Source: a virus. From it: a DNA stretch of 64,000 nt. The position numbers and the translations under genes were made by a program. Each line of letters opens with the position of its first letter. The first letter of the stretch is position 1. Positions 28,839-40,495 of the stretch are shown here, piece after piece. Below the pieces are notes generated by a model. It saw only the letters and a program-made list of their open reading frames with translations. It was not told the DNA's origin and searched no databases. The stretch lies in IMG/VR virus record IMGVR_UViG_3300019760_000006, positions 1 to 64,000 of that record. One strand, written 5' to 3'.

Positions 28839-31199
28839 TTATCCGCACCTACTGAACCCGCAATTTTTACAAGAAGCACATCCTCCATCATTTACATAAG
28901 CTTTCTCGCCACACTCAGGACAAACCAACCCAATCTCATCGTTCTCATCTTCAATTTCTATCTGTTTTACATATCTTCGAAGAACTCTACTAAGTATGCC
29001 AGAGCAATCTACCATACTGTATGATGATTTGTCAAGCTGTTTTAAAACTTCATCAAGAGAGATACCATACCTGAAACACATACTTATAACTCTACAGATG
29101 GCATCCCAATTACTTTGCCTTTCAAGTAGAAGAAAGCTATTAAACATACCATCTTTATCATTACCAGCTTCAAGTGGTAGCTTTGTAAACACTTCAATAG
29201 GTAAGTCATCTTCATCAAGAGATACATTCAAATAAGCCTTTGATTTTTTCCACATAACTTCATGTCTTTCTGCATTTTCAATAGGTAGAAGTTCTTTTTT
29301 AATGAGAATACTCTCTGTAATTTCTTTTGGAACTGTGTTTTCATTATCTATTACGGCAGATAATACACCTTCTTTACAGCCATCTCTAAAAACTGTAATT
29401 CCCTTTAGTTTTTTCTTCCAAGCATCAATGTAAATAGAAACTATTTGATTCTTTGTACAATTATTTGGTAAATTAATTGTTGAGCTGATGCTTGAATCTG
29501 TAAATTTTTGAATTGCTGATTGAATCTTAATCCTATCCTTTGGTTTAACTTCGTCAGCTTCAATATAACAAAGTTTGTTCTTCGCCTCTTTAAGAGAGAT
29601 TCCATCAAAGCTATCTAAATCATTTAACATTTGTTTACAGGGAAGATAATGAATAAATTCATACTCTTTATTATCAATCCTGTTCTTTCTTCTATATGAA
29701 AACTTAAAAGATGGTTCAATACCGCTTGTACAATTATCAGAGATAATACTTAGTGTCCCTGTGGGACCAAAAGTATTGAATGATGTGTTTCTCATTCCAA
29801 AAGTGATAATATTTTCTGTAAGATCATCATCTAATTCAATCCAGCCAGACTTTTTAATTGCTTCGACAAACTTTACTCTATCAGACCTTTCACTTAATGC
29901 CTCACATGGGCCTTCATCGACAGCAATATCAACTGATGTCCTCATTGCTTGTGAAAGTAAAATACTCGTAACCGAGCTAATAAATTCCTCTGACTCTTTG
30001 TCTCCATAAACATAGCCAAGCATTGCAAAGGTATCACCAATACCAGTCTGTTCAATACCAATACGTTTTCCAAAACTATCAGCTAACTGCTGTTCAGGAA
30101 GAGGATGTTTTGTTTCATTGATATCTGAAAACACATTCATAATTCTTGTAGCTGTCTCAACATCATACTCAAAAGAATACCAATCAAATTCTGCCAACTC
30201 TGTGTAAGGATTTTTAACATATTTATGAAGAACAAAAGAACCCAAAAGGCAATTATTCCAATAACTTAACATTTGTTCTCCGCATGGATTGCTGGAAATA
30301 GGTTTAAGTTTATCACTAATGTATGTTCCAAAAGTATGCTTCTGAGCTGTATCAATAAACATCACACCTGGATCGCCACATTTATGGCTTGCTTCTGCAA
30401 TAAGATCAAGGATATCTCTTGCTTTCATTTGGGAATAGTATTTAAACTCCCCACCAGATTTAAACCACTTGTCATAGTCACCCCCCCACTCTTTCTCATA
30501 CTTCTCTTTATCTTTTTCAATATCTGGGAAACAAAACACCCACTCTTCATCATTCTCAATGGCAGTCATAAAACTATCGGTTAATTTTAGACTTACATTT
30601 ATACTCGAAATATCAGGCAGACTGTTTGTAAATATATCTTTTTGAAAAACTTGCTCAGGCCAAGCCTTACATCTGATAAAATCAATAGCGTCTGGATGGC
30701 GAATATCAATAGTCGCAATCATTGCCGCCCTTCTACCATTGGTCCCAACAACCTTACCTAATTCAGAAAAACTTGGCAGAAAGGAGACACTCCCACTACT
30801 TGTTATTGCTGCATTATCAACTTTTGTATTTTTTGGTCTTAGAATCGTAATATCAAAACCGCTACCACCTCTCATCTTAAAAGTGTTTGCGAGATTCTTC
30901 TGGCATTCAAATATTCCATCCATACTATCAGACTCAATTGGTGTGAGATAACAATTACTGAAAGATCCTCTCTCACCTTTATTACAACAACTAAGTATGC
31001 TTCCAGCAGGTAAAAACTTCCCGCTTCTAAGGAGTTCTTTTTGTTTTTTATTTGTTATCTCACAGTATTCAATAACTCCTTCAATAACATCTTTAACATC
31101 TTCGTGACCATACTTGTTAAGGCACACCATTTTGATAAATTGTTCATGTTCTTCAATACTCTGCTCAAGCAACCCTCTTGTTATTTTCACTTCACTCAT
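28839..31199 (-). CDS. nrdJ: Class II (adenosylcobalamin-dependent) ribonucleotide reductase
   Basis: FLPAG, SNC, GGSG, RRAA, NPCGEQ, GPTGT, TSGIEP, LKGITVFRDG; C-terminal CPECG...C..CGFSRC; no small subunit gene nearby. Confidence 0.9.
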   Translation of the reverse strand: MSEVKITRGLLEQSIEEHEQFIKMVCLNKYGHEDVKDVIEGVIEYCEITNKKQKELLRSGKFLPAGSILSCCNKGERGSFSNCYLTPIESDSMDGIFECQKNLANTFKMRGGSGFDITILRPKNTKVDNAAITSSGSVSFLPSFSELGKVVGTNGRRAAMIATIDIRHPDAIDFIRCKAWPEQVFQKDIFTNSLPDISSINVSLKLTDSFMTAIENDEEWVFCFPDIEKDKEKYEKEWGGDYDKWFKSGGEFKYYSQMKARDILDLIAEASHKCGDPGVMFIDTAQKHTFGTYISDKLKPISSNPCGEQMLSYWNNCLLGSFVLHKYVKNPYTELAEFDWYSFEYDVETATRIMNVFSDINETKHPLPEQQLADSFGKRIGIEQTGIGDTFAMLGYVYGDKESEEFISSVTSILLSQAMRTSVDIAVDEGPCEALSERSDRVKFVEAIKKSGWIELDDDLTENIITFGMRNTSFNTFGPTGTLSIISDNCTSGIEPSFKFSYRRKNRIDNKEYEFIHYLPCKQMLNDLDSFDGISLKEAKNKLCYIEADEVKPKDRIKIQSAIQKFTDSSISSTINLPNNCTKNQIVSIYIDAWKKKLKGITVFRDGCKEGVLSAVIDNENTVPKEITESILIKKELLPIENAERHEVMWKKSKAYLNVSLDEDDLPIEVFTKLPLEAGNDKDGMFNSFLLLERQSNWDAICRVISMCFRYGISLDEVLKQLDKSSYSMVDCSGILSRVLRRYVKQIEIEDENDEIGLVCPECGEKAYVNDGGCASCKNCGFSRCG

Positions 31200-31277
31200 G
31201 TACTTTAACCTTTTCTTATTTAATTTTATCATTCACTTGATCTTCTGTGAGCCTGACCATTGTTTTTACACTGTTCA

Positions 31278-31942
31278 TTAATTATCTTCCTCTTCAACCT
31301 CACTCAAGTAAATCTCATGTTGTTTCTTATAGTATTCATAAAGTTCTTCAGATACACCCCAATCACTAAAATAGTCTCTTTCCAAAACTTTTACAAATTC
31401 TACAAACTTCTTATTTGATACAATTGAAGATATAACAATCATAATATCTTCAAGACTCATATTTACTGTTGAATTATTCGTTACATTATACTCTGTCGTT
31501 AGATCCATGATTAATTTTCTCCTTTAACATCTTCAGGCATCAAAACATCAAGGTCATACAATTCACCCTCTACTCTATACCTATCCCATTTCATATCTAA
31601 TGATACTTGTAGAAATGCAAGCTCTTCAAGAATTGAAGAAGTATCTTCATTCTCATATTCATGAAGTCTTCCTGATTTATTAACTCTCTCTTCTTCCTTC
31701 TCATACAGAGCTGTAATATCAGCATCAAAATCAAGAAGTAATTCTTTTGGAATTAGATATGTTGTACTCTCATATTCCCTTAAGTTACCAAACTGTTCTC
31801 CTTCTTTTTCTTTCCCTTCTTGGGAAGTTATTGAAAGCCGTTCTTCATGCATATTACACTGTCCATACCCAGGGCATTCAAAATTAAAATAATTACTTCT
31901 TTCAAGTGAACACCACCCGCAATCATTATACTTACAAGCCAC
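31278..31942 (-). other. Two hypothetical genes (31278-31508, 31511-31942)
   Basis: AGGAG RBSs; second has a Cys-rich N-terminus. Confidence 0.65.
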
Positions 31943-32043
31943 CTTACACCTCCTATACTGTTGAAAAATATAGCATCTTCTATTTATTAAGTATTAAATG
32001 GAAGATGCCATTAGTTAATTTAATAATAATTTTAATTTATTTA

Positions 32044-32619
32044 TTAATCTACTGAAATAGAAACCGTAGCAGACCCGGCTTTAATAACCCTGTTGTTTTT
32101 ATAGTCTACTTTAACAGGATAAGGATAGACTGTAACTTTACCCTCTACATAGATAGGCATAAGCTGATTTGTATCTTTATCTACTGATAAAACCCAAGTA
32201 GCTGTTGTATTCTTTGAAGCAAAAATACCATTAGGTTCTTGCTGTTCAACAACTCCTTCAAGAAGTGTATGACCCCCATACACTTTAACTCGTTTCTTAG
32301 CAAGTTGTAAAGGATTGGTGAGACTTGTATCATAAGGGATTCCAAAACCAATAGAAGGTGTATCACCTTCAATCATCCCGTAATCACTCCTCCATACAGT
32401 ATGTGTAGATACCTTCTCATTTCTGAGATCGTATAGTTTTATGATCAAGTCTCTTTCTAATGAAAAATCATATGCAGGAATTGGTTGACCTTTAGCATAT
32501 TGTGAGAGTTGCCTATCCACTGCCTGGGATTCTTTTTCTGTTGATGTTTTTTCATAAGTGCAAGAACAAAGCCCTGTTACCATAGCCAACACTGATGTAA
32601 TATAAATAATCTTTTTCAT
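32044..32619 (-). CDS. Lipoprotein
   Basis: Signal peptide ending LCSC lipobox; IGFGIPY...TNP...EPNG motif. Confidence 0.75.
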   Translation of the reverse strand: MKKIIYITSVLAMVTGLCSCTYEKTSTEKESQAVDRQLSQYAKGQPIPAYDFSLERDLIIKLYDLRNEKVSTHTVWRSDYGMIEGDTPSIGFGIPYDTSLTNPLQLAKKRVKVYGGHTLLEGVVEQQEPNGIFASKNTTATWVLSVDKDTNQLMPIYVEGKVTVYPYPVKVDYKNNRVIKAGSATVSISVD

Positions 32620-32638
32620 CTCTTTTCACTCCCTCCTT

Positions 32639-32944
32639 TTAGTTTTTACTCATTTTTAAAATGTTAATTGCATCAATCTGAGCTTTAATCTCAGCTTTTG
32701 TTCCAGCACTAACATCTGGATTTCTAAGTTTTCCTTTTAGTTGAGAAATCTGCGCATCGTAAGTTGTAACAGCGTCTCTATCTGCTTCATGTTTCTGATA
32801 TGAATTTTCAAAAACTACCCTTTCAACAACAGTTTTACCAAAAATACCTGCATAGTTTAGAATGGTAAACACAATCATTGAACCAATCAAAAGAGTTACA
32901 ATCCACACCCACCAACCGCCAAAACACTTCTTTTCTTTTTCCAT
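32639..32944 (-). CDS. Single-TM membrane protein paired with the lipoprotein
   Basis: N-terminal TM, then VERVVFENSYQ and a coiled coil. Confidence 0.7.
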   Translation of the reverse strand: MEKEKKCFGGWWVWIVTLLIGSMIVFTILNYAGIFGKTVVERVVFENSYQKHEADRDAVTTYDAQISQLKGKLRNPDVSAGTKAEIKAQIDAINILKMSKN

Positions 32945-33009
32945 TATTTATCCCCTCTTTATATTTGAGTCCCGCCAAAAAGAGGCAGGACTCGTTTTTA
33001 ATTGTCTAT

Positions 33010-33661
33010 TTAAAAATCATTATTAATAACTCTCTCAATTCCTTTAATAATATTCTCAGCTTTCTTAGACTTTTCTTCTTTCACAATCTTTTCTTTTTCA
33101 AGTCTAATAATCTCTTCAGTGTGTTTCTTCCTTTCTCTTTCCATATTCTCTTTAATTCTTTTCAAATCATTTGTAGCTTTTGTAAAACCTTTCACAGCTT
33201 TATCAATATCATCTTTGTTGTCCCAAAGAACAGAAATATAAGACCAAAATTGTTTTAAAGCATTCATTTTAGTTATCTCCTTTTAGAGAGTCTTTATAAG
33301 TTTTAATTGTTGATCCAACTGTATCTGAAACAAAAAGTGACTTCTTAGTTTTCATCATTAACTCAATCAATTCTATAGCTTCATGAGGAGCAAAGTTATG
33401 TTCATCTTCACTATTAGTAGTGAGAAGTTCCCTATACATCAATTTCAAACCCCTTGCCCTCTTTTTGGTATGCCACTTAATAAATCCATCAAGCAACTGA
33501 TCTACTTCTTTAGCTGGCAACGCTGTGTAAGATTTAATCATCTCTTTACCAAGAGTAATCAATGCTTCATTATTTAGCAATTCAAGCCAAGGTTGCATTT
33601 CACGAAATACCTCTTTAGCCATCTCCATCATCTCATTTACATCATCTTTTACAAATTCCAT
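33010..33661 (-). other. Two helical hypothetical genes (33010-33267, 33269-33661)
   Basis: AAGGAG RBSs; coiled-coil character. Confidence 0.65.
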
Positions 33662-33841
33662 TATTTTCTAATCTCCTTTCCGCAAACTGTACATCTATAC
33701 AGATTCTCTGATTTATTAACTTTGTTACAAAGTCTAATCTGTTTACCATACTTTTGGTCTTGCCACTCATGTTCACAGCTACACTTCAGTTTTTCTGTTG
33801 TCATTTTTAATCTCCTTACTTTTAATTAATTGTTATTATGA

Positions 33842-33915
33842 TGGTGCTCCTGGAGAGAATTGAACTCTCATTAATCGCTTATAAGGCAACCGTTCTTCCT
33901 TTGAACTACAGGAGC
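33842..33915 (-). tRNA. tRNA-Ile (anticodon UAU)
   Basis: Cloverleaf: GCTCCTG/CAGGAGC acceptor, GTTC/GAAC D stem, GTTGC-CTTATAA-GCGAT anticodon arm, GAGAG-TTCAATT-CTCTC T arm, A73, encoded CCA. Confidence 0.92.
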
Positions 33916-33936
33916 TTTAATTTGTTTATGAAAAAT

Positions 33937-33965
33937 ATAATACACCAAGAGTTATTGTCTGTCAA
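33937..33965 (-). promoter_or_regulatory. Promoter for the tRNA
   Basis: TTGACA-17 nt-TATTAT on the - strand, about 20 nt upstream of the tRNA 5' end. Confidence 0.75.
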
Positions 33966-34166
33966 GCACTTTATTTCAGTAAATACTATAATAATGATCT
34001 TTATCTTCTAATCTACAATCTGGATGAATATAATATTCACCATCATCTAAACCTGTTAACGCAACCTCAAGATCTGTGCAAAAATAATATTCATCCCACT
34101 TCTGCTGCATAACAGCACAGGGACAATCTTCGCAACTTTTAATCTCTTTATAGAATATTTTTGTCA

Positions 34167-34487
34167 TTATTTTAAATCTCCAATTAACCAAGTCAATATC
34201 CAACCAAATTTAGAATCCTCATCAACATGAGAGTCACCAAACAACACATACCTGAAAGGCATTATTATTACAAATAGTGGGTAAACCCATAAAGTATTAA
34301 TTCTATTCATAAATGTTGTTTTAGGTGCCTCGTAATACCTATCTTTCACAAGGTATTCAGAATAATACCCCTCCTCATATGTACCAAACAAAATATCAAG
34401 AACATCACCCGGTGTTTGGCAGTCATTTTCTTTTATGACATTTTCTAATTCATACCTATATAAATTTCTTTTGCTTATTTTAATCAT
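34167..34487 (-). CDS. Hypothetical membrane-associated protein
   Basis: RINTLWVYPLFVIIMPF hydrophobic segment. Confidence 0.65.
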   Translation of the reverse strand: MIKISKRNLYRYELENVIKENDCQTPGDVLDILFGTYEEGYYSEYLVKDRYYEAPKTTFMNRINTLWVYPLFVIIMPFRYVLFGDSHVDEDSKFGWILTWLIGDLK

Positions 34488-35047
34488 TTTATACTCTTTA
34501 CAATTTCTTTTATATACATTAAAGGATAATAATCATGTTTTGTGATAATTTTTGCAAATTTACCACACGTATTCTTACCTTCTTTACAAATCCCATTCCT
34601 GTACACACAGTCAGGAACCATGAATAAGGCAAGATTGGGAGATATTTTCTTAATTTCATTTTTAATTAAAGACATCACTTTAACAGTTTCTTTGTGGCTT
34701 TTAAGACATAATCTTTTCCTTGAGAGACTAATGAGTGCTTCAGCATTAATCTTAATTGTATGTGTTACAGGGGTTAGTCTGTTAACCCCTTCATTAGATT
34801 TTTTATTATTTCTATCATCTCTATTAGAAAATACAAAATGTTCACACCCTATCTTATGCCTAACAAAATGTGTACTGACAAAAGAAGGAATACCTTCCAT
34901 TCTAATCAAGTACTCTTGTGTTCTTATAGGTGAATGTTCTAACATATAAGCAATCTTTTCAGTTATGTGTGTATTGAAATTAACTGTTGAATCGAAAGCC
35001 TCTTTCATCAATGCTAAATCTGTAATCTTTTTAACTGTTATTTTCAT
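34484..35047 (-). CDS. thyX: FAD-dependent thymidylate synthase (short ThyX-like)
   Basis: EHSPIR, STHFVRH...SNR, INAEAL...RLC..SH.ET, VP.C.Y..G.C.E...CG. Confidence 0.85.
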   Translation of the reverse strand: MKITVKKITDLALMKEAFDSTVNFNTHITEKIAYMLEHSPIRTQEYLIRMEGIPSFVSTHFVRHKIGCEHFVFSNRDDRNNKKSNEGVNRLTPVTHTIKINAEALISLSRKRLCLKSHKETVKVMSLIKNEIKKISPNLALFMVPDCVYRNGICKEGKNTCGKFAKIITKHDYYPLMYIKEIVKSIK

Positions 35048-35059
35048 TAATCAATACCT

Positions 35060-36359
35060 TTACTGATTAGTCCAATACATTGCATCAGCTTTACCTACAA
35101 AAACATGCCATGATTGTTTTAATTTATTAGTAAAACTTCTATATTTATAATTAATAGGCCTTGCAAAACACCAACCAACACCTCTAATATAAACTGTATC
35201 TGCTGATTTTGTATTGAACATCTGATCAACATTGTATTTCATATAATAATCTCCTATTCTGTTAAAAGTTCATACTGTTTCATAGAATGAACTTGTATTT
35301 TTGTATCTCTATCTTCAGGTGTATTCACAATAATGTTTCTTAACTTGATCATATAGTCAGTATTCACATCTTCTTCATGCACATATCTCAGTCTATCATG
35401 AATAAACATTAGAAAGGTTTTATCTTTCATACTAAAACCTCAATTTACTAATCTTTTCAATTTCATTATTAATCTCCCTTCGAAGATAATTTTCAAGAGG
35501 TTCGTACTCATCTCTCTCTTCATCATATTCTCTCATATCATCTTCTCTAAACCAGATTGGAATGCCAAGAAATCTAACACAAATATCATTACCATCAGTT
35601 GTGAACTCTATAAAATAGTACTCTTCGGGACACTGATCTTCCAATTCTGATTGAAGCTTGTCAACAATATTAATAATACCTAATACTTCTCTCTCATAAT
35701 TTGAAACCCCTGGACAATCACTTTTCATAGTACAATCTCCTTGTTTTTAAAAGATTCATCTGATAACATTTAAACTTTATATCTTTTATTTATATACACT
35801 TTTCTACGAAAACCTTACATGCATCCATAGGATTTTTAATAGGAAATAAAACTTCCTTAACACTATTAATATCTATTTTGTCAACATTATTATTCCAATG
35901 CCAGTTATGTGTGTTAGCTTTCTTTATAATATCCATCCATTTATCATCTGTATTTAAACATTTAAATAAAGATCTGATAGTATCACACCATAACTTATGA
36001 TCCATAACTATTTCTATTATGTGTTCATGTTCTCCAATAAACCACTCTATTTTAATTTCATTTTCTGTATGAAAATAAATATCAAAAATATCACCGTATG
36101 CAGGTTTTAGTGATTTTGACCTTAATCTTAAATTATTGGTATCTAAAGACTCTATAACTGGTTTTATGTTCCTATCTACAAACATATCCATTAAAGTAAA
36201 GCGTAACTCTACATTAAATTTAAAATTAGGTGCATAGAATTTTGGAGTGTATTTAGCACGAAAAACTATAGCATCTTTTAAAAAATCATCTTTATTTTTG
36301 TCAATATAAACTGCACTACTCCCAACTTTCCTAACATCACCGCCAGATATTTTTCTCAC
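35060..36359 (-). other. Hypothetical genes (35060-35242, 35432-35728, 35790-36359)
   Basis: RBS-led ORFs. Confidence 0.65.
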
Positions 36360-36372
36360 TTATACCTCCTTT

Positions 36373-37446
36373 TCATATTTCCCTCATTAATTCTATAATT
36401 GGAAGTTTTCCATCATTCAATACAACTCCACAACCAAGTGTAGGTTTAGGCATATCTTTAGCATAATCAAAAGCATAGGCTTTATGATTAATCCCAACAG
36501 GTACTTGCATACTAAATATTGTCTTATTTCTCCCTGTCAAGTAGTTAATATAACAATCATGATGCCAATGTCCCGCTACTACACTCATCATCTCTTTTCC
36601 TGCCTTTGTATGTGCCTTCATTCCAGTGCCATGTGTATACAAGACATCATCATAAACAAAGTTATATTGAAAATTCCAGTTTGGTATTTCAAGAACTTCA
36701 TTTATTGATCTAACCCATTCTTTAGATACACCGGAATCAAAAGCGCGCCTTAGTAAAAGGCGGTCATGATTTCCCCAACATACATCCGCTTTTTGGAAAA
36801 TTGAGTACCAATTTTTAATTTTTTTCTTAACATAATAAAGTTCATCTTTAGCTGACATACCATCAGGGTCAGACTTATAGAAAGAAGAGTAGTGATTGTC
36901 AATAATATCACCTATGAAAATAACATGGTTGCAGTCATACTTCTTATAGATTGCTTTACAAAAACTTGGATATTCATCTAAACACCAAGGTTCGTGAAGG
37001 TCACCAATAACCAAAATATTTCTTGCTTCTTTCTTTACAGGTGACCAAACTCTCTCTCCAAAAGTACATTGATATTTTTGTTCTAATGGTTTCCAAGTAA
37101 CCTTAGTTTCTTTAGGATCAGGTTCTATACAAGAATACTCTTTATAACCACCAAATTTATATTTATTAATAGAATTAACCAAGCAATCAAATAATTCTTG
37201 TGGATCACTTTCTCCAATCAACCTTTTGCTTTCGTTCAACTCAGTAATATTATCAACTCTTTCAAACTCTTTATAAGTCTTTCCTGAAATGAAATCAAAT
37301 ACTGTACTTTTTGGTACACCAGTAATCTCTTCAATACTACGAAGAGATTCATTTTCGAATTTATACAATTTCCAAATCTGTGTTAGCACTTCATCAGATA
37401 GCTGTTTTTTCTTTCTGATCTGCCCATCACTTAATTTTTTACTCAA
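36373..37446 (-). CDS. HTH-fused metallophosphoesterase
   Basis: N-terminal SLRSIEEITGVPKSTVFD HTH; GDLHEP, GDIID, GNHD, THG, GHWH motifs. Confidence 0.85.
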   Translation of the reverse strand: MSKKLSDGQIRKKKQLSDEVLTQIWKLYKFENESLRSIEEITGVPKSTVFDFISGKTYKEFERVDNITELNESKRLIGESDPQELFDCLVNSINKYKFGGYKEYSCIEPDPKETKVTWKPLEQKYQCTFGERVWSPVKKEARNILVIGDLHEPWCLDEYPSFCKAIYKKYDCNHVIFIGDIIDNHYSSFYKSDPDGMSAKDELYYVKKKIKNWYSIFQKADVCWGNHDRLLLRRAFDSGVSKEWVRSINEVLEIPNWNFQYNFVYDDVLYTHGTGMKAHTKAGKEMMSVVAGHWHHDCYINYLTGRNKTIFSMQVPVGINHKAYAFDYAKDMPKPTLGCGVVLNDGKLPIIELMREI

Positions 37447-39752
37447 TAATCATCTCCTCAACCTGTTCTCTTAGATCTGACATCATAACCTTACCTTCGC
37501 TTGTATTTGAAAATAATTGTTCATCTATTACCATATCTGTAGAAATATTGTTACCACAATGCCAACATAAACCTTTTATTGGCTTGCAGTCCTCTAAAAA
37601 ATCATCACATACGTCTTCAATATCTCTATGTTCTGTTTCAACTTCACATTCAAACAATGCACTCGCATAAATAGGTAGCCAAATTTTAATTTTCTTTTTC
37701 ATTATTTAACCATCAGTCGTTAGACTGAACCTCTCTAAACTTAAATACAGCAGATTTAATAGAATCTTCTGCAAGAACAAGATACTCACCATTTTCAAGT
37801 TCTTGGTAAAAGCTAACTACATCTCCTATGAGAATATCTCTTGAGTAATACTTTGCACATTCTTCAACAGAATCAAAATTTATTTCACATGTTGTATACT
37901 TTTCACCAAATATAGTAATATCAGCTATAATTTTCATTATTTATTTTCTCTCCATTACTCACTTAATCTTTTCAAAACATTTAGGTTCATCTGAATAAAT
38001 ACATATTGGTGTAGAACTTTCTGAGATGCCTTCAGAATCATTCCACCACAATTCAGCATCATGCTCAACTTCTGGTGTTAATGCCCTGTCACATTCATCA
38101 CCAAACTTACATTCTTTATAAAATGTACAAAATGTTTTATCTTTATAACAAATCATATATAGGGTCCTTTTCAATTTTAAGTTTTTATTCAATAAACAAT
38201 TTATACGTTGATTATATTTATATAATACAAAACACCATTTGTCAAGCTATTTATTCATCACAACACCAATCTTCATTATCTGCCAAGTCAATATCAATAT
38301 ATTGATTCATTTTTTCTTCAGCCTCTTCTCTGATTTTAAATTTAACACATTCATTATTAAAACCTTGAAAACAAACATCCTCCCACTTACCTTGTATTTC
38401 TTCTTTTGTGTACATAAATGTTATAAATGGAAAATATTTCTTAGGTCTTCTCCACATTTGAATTTTCCAAAAACCACCCTTATTGACACACAACCTATAA
38501 TTATTCATTTTAATCTCCTTTATAAATTAGTTTTTATTTTTATCTATAATCTTCATAGTTTCTTCGTCAACATCAAAATCTCTCAAGAATTGGCTCTCTG
38601 TGTAAGCTACAGGATCAATTCTTGATAACTTATACCAAACAACCCTATCACATTCATTACAAACAAACCTTGTAAAAGCTGGAGTCTTATCTGGAACTCC
38701 AACAGATATAAAAGCATCACAATCATCATATGGACGTTCGCCAAAATTCATTTTATTTATTCTCCTCTTTTTGAACACCATACCAAATCTCTTTAAACTT
38801 ATCACTATCAATCTTATCAAGAGTGTCAGCAAGCTTATAAACCATATCAACCAACTCATCTCTTTCTTTGATAATATTATTAGCTATATACTTATTAGTA
38901 CAACAAATAGATTCATCATTTGCACTTGCGATATTGACATCTAAACCATTTGTGTGCCTTCCAAAAACAAACCACCTTGGGAATCTCTCTTCTACATATC
39001 TCTCTATCATTTTATTTATTCTCCTTTATTTGAATCACAAACCCAACTGTCATTTTGTGAAAGTTCAATATCAGTATAATGATTCATTTGTCCTTCAGCT
39101 TCCATTCTTGTTCTAAATTTAACACAAGACAAAAACATAACTACACCTTTTTATTTAAAAATTTTAAATATCAAATAGATTGAATCAATACACAATAACT
39201 ACTAAATCAATCCCTTACAAAATAATATTTACCAGTCCAAGACTCTTCCTTACACCACTCCTCTGCTTCTTTAATATTATCAAAATCTTTAAATATAATA
39301 TCTGTTACACAGTGATAATCATTATCAACTTCTACTATCTCAATTTTCATTTTATTTTCCTTTTAAATATTTACAATGAGATAATTCAACCCTTATATTA
39401 CACAACTCTTCTGTAAGGGCTTTTTGTTTATCAAACATACTATTGACAAACCAATAACAATAGCTAAGCCAACAACATAATACAATTATCACTGCAATTA
39501 GCCAACAACATGATAGTTTATAAAAATTTTTATCCATACTACACCTTTTTATCTAAAAACATTAACATTGTAAGCATTAATAGAGCAAGTAGCGCAATAA
39601 CAGTTACAACCAACAATAGTCCACCCGTTATCTATGATATCAATTTCATACGCTTCTGGTATGTCGTAAGTGCCCCAATTCTTTTCCATAGGTATTTCCA
39701 TATATTTACCACAACCACTACATCTTATCTTCATTACGCATGTAAAATTCAT
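37439..39752 (-). other. Run of small hypothetical genes (37439-37702, 37713-37937, 37959-38192, 38251-38508, 38527-38751, 38753-39010, 39352-39537, 39549-39752)
   Basis: Packed ORFs with GGAG RBSs; several are Cys-rich; - strand TTGACA near 38240 and 39818. Confidence 0.65.
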
Positions 39753-40133
39753 TTTAATCTCCTTTACAAATTAGTTTTTGTTAAGTTCAAAAACAACTTA
39801 CTATAACATTTTTATAATGTCAACTATTATTTTTCATATCTTGTAATTTTAAGACTATACATATTATTAGTTTCTATATATAGAAACACTTACATCATTC
39901 AATCATCTTATGGATGATAAACACACAAAATACAAAAACAACAATAATTTGTAGTTTATATAGTGAGTTACAAGGAAATAAGAGAAAATCTATGAAAACA
40001 AGAGCTTTTTAAAACAACAAAAAACATACATTTCTATTGTAACTTCTTATTTTAATTACAAATATAAACAAAATAAAAATAATCTTGAATTTAGAATAAT
40101 CTGATATTTGCCTGTAATCAAGAATAATAGGAC

Positions 40134-40162
40134 TTGACAGGCAATAAATTTCAAGGTATAAT
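40134..40162 (+). promoter_or_regulatory. Consensus sigma70 promoter for the rightward arm
   Basis: TTGACA-17 nt-TATAAT, overlapped by an imperfect inverted repeat (TGCCTGT...ACAGGCA). Confidence 0.85.
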
Positions 40163-40210
40163 ACTACCTATTAAACAAACAAATTATGAAACTATAAATA
40201 TATTAGCTAT

Positions 40211-40495
40211 AAATTATATGCCTTTGGCATTAAGTTTATCTTATAAATTTTATTCTTTTAATTGTTATTATTAATAAAAAACAAAAGAATAAATTATATA
40301 TAAATAATTTTATCTCTTTATTTTCTTTTATTAATAAAAACTTAAAGAGATAAATAATGTTACTTATATATTATATGTCCGTAGGACATAAATATTGTGT
40401 TAAAGATTTTATTCCTTTGTTATTTATTATTAATATTAAATAAAGGAATAAATATATAAGTAACAAATTATATGTACGTAGTACATAAATTATAT
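40211..40495. repeat. Array of covarying hairpins
   Basis: Three TTTAT(TCT/CTC/TCC)TTT...AAA(AGA/GAG/GGA)ATAAA stems and three triloop hairpins. Confidence 0.75.

Noticed and set aside
33842-33915. Idea that tRNA(UAU) is an initiator for the AUA start codons
   Set aside because: It has a paired G1-C72 and lacks three consecutive G-C pairs in the anticodon stem, so it looks like an elongator; it also could not explain the ATC and ATT starts.
40211-40495. CRISPR or type III antitoxin array
   Set aside because: Units conserve pairing rather than sequence, spacing is irregular, and no cas or toxN-like gene is adjacent.
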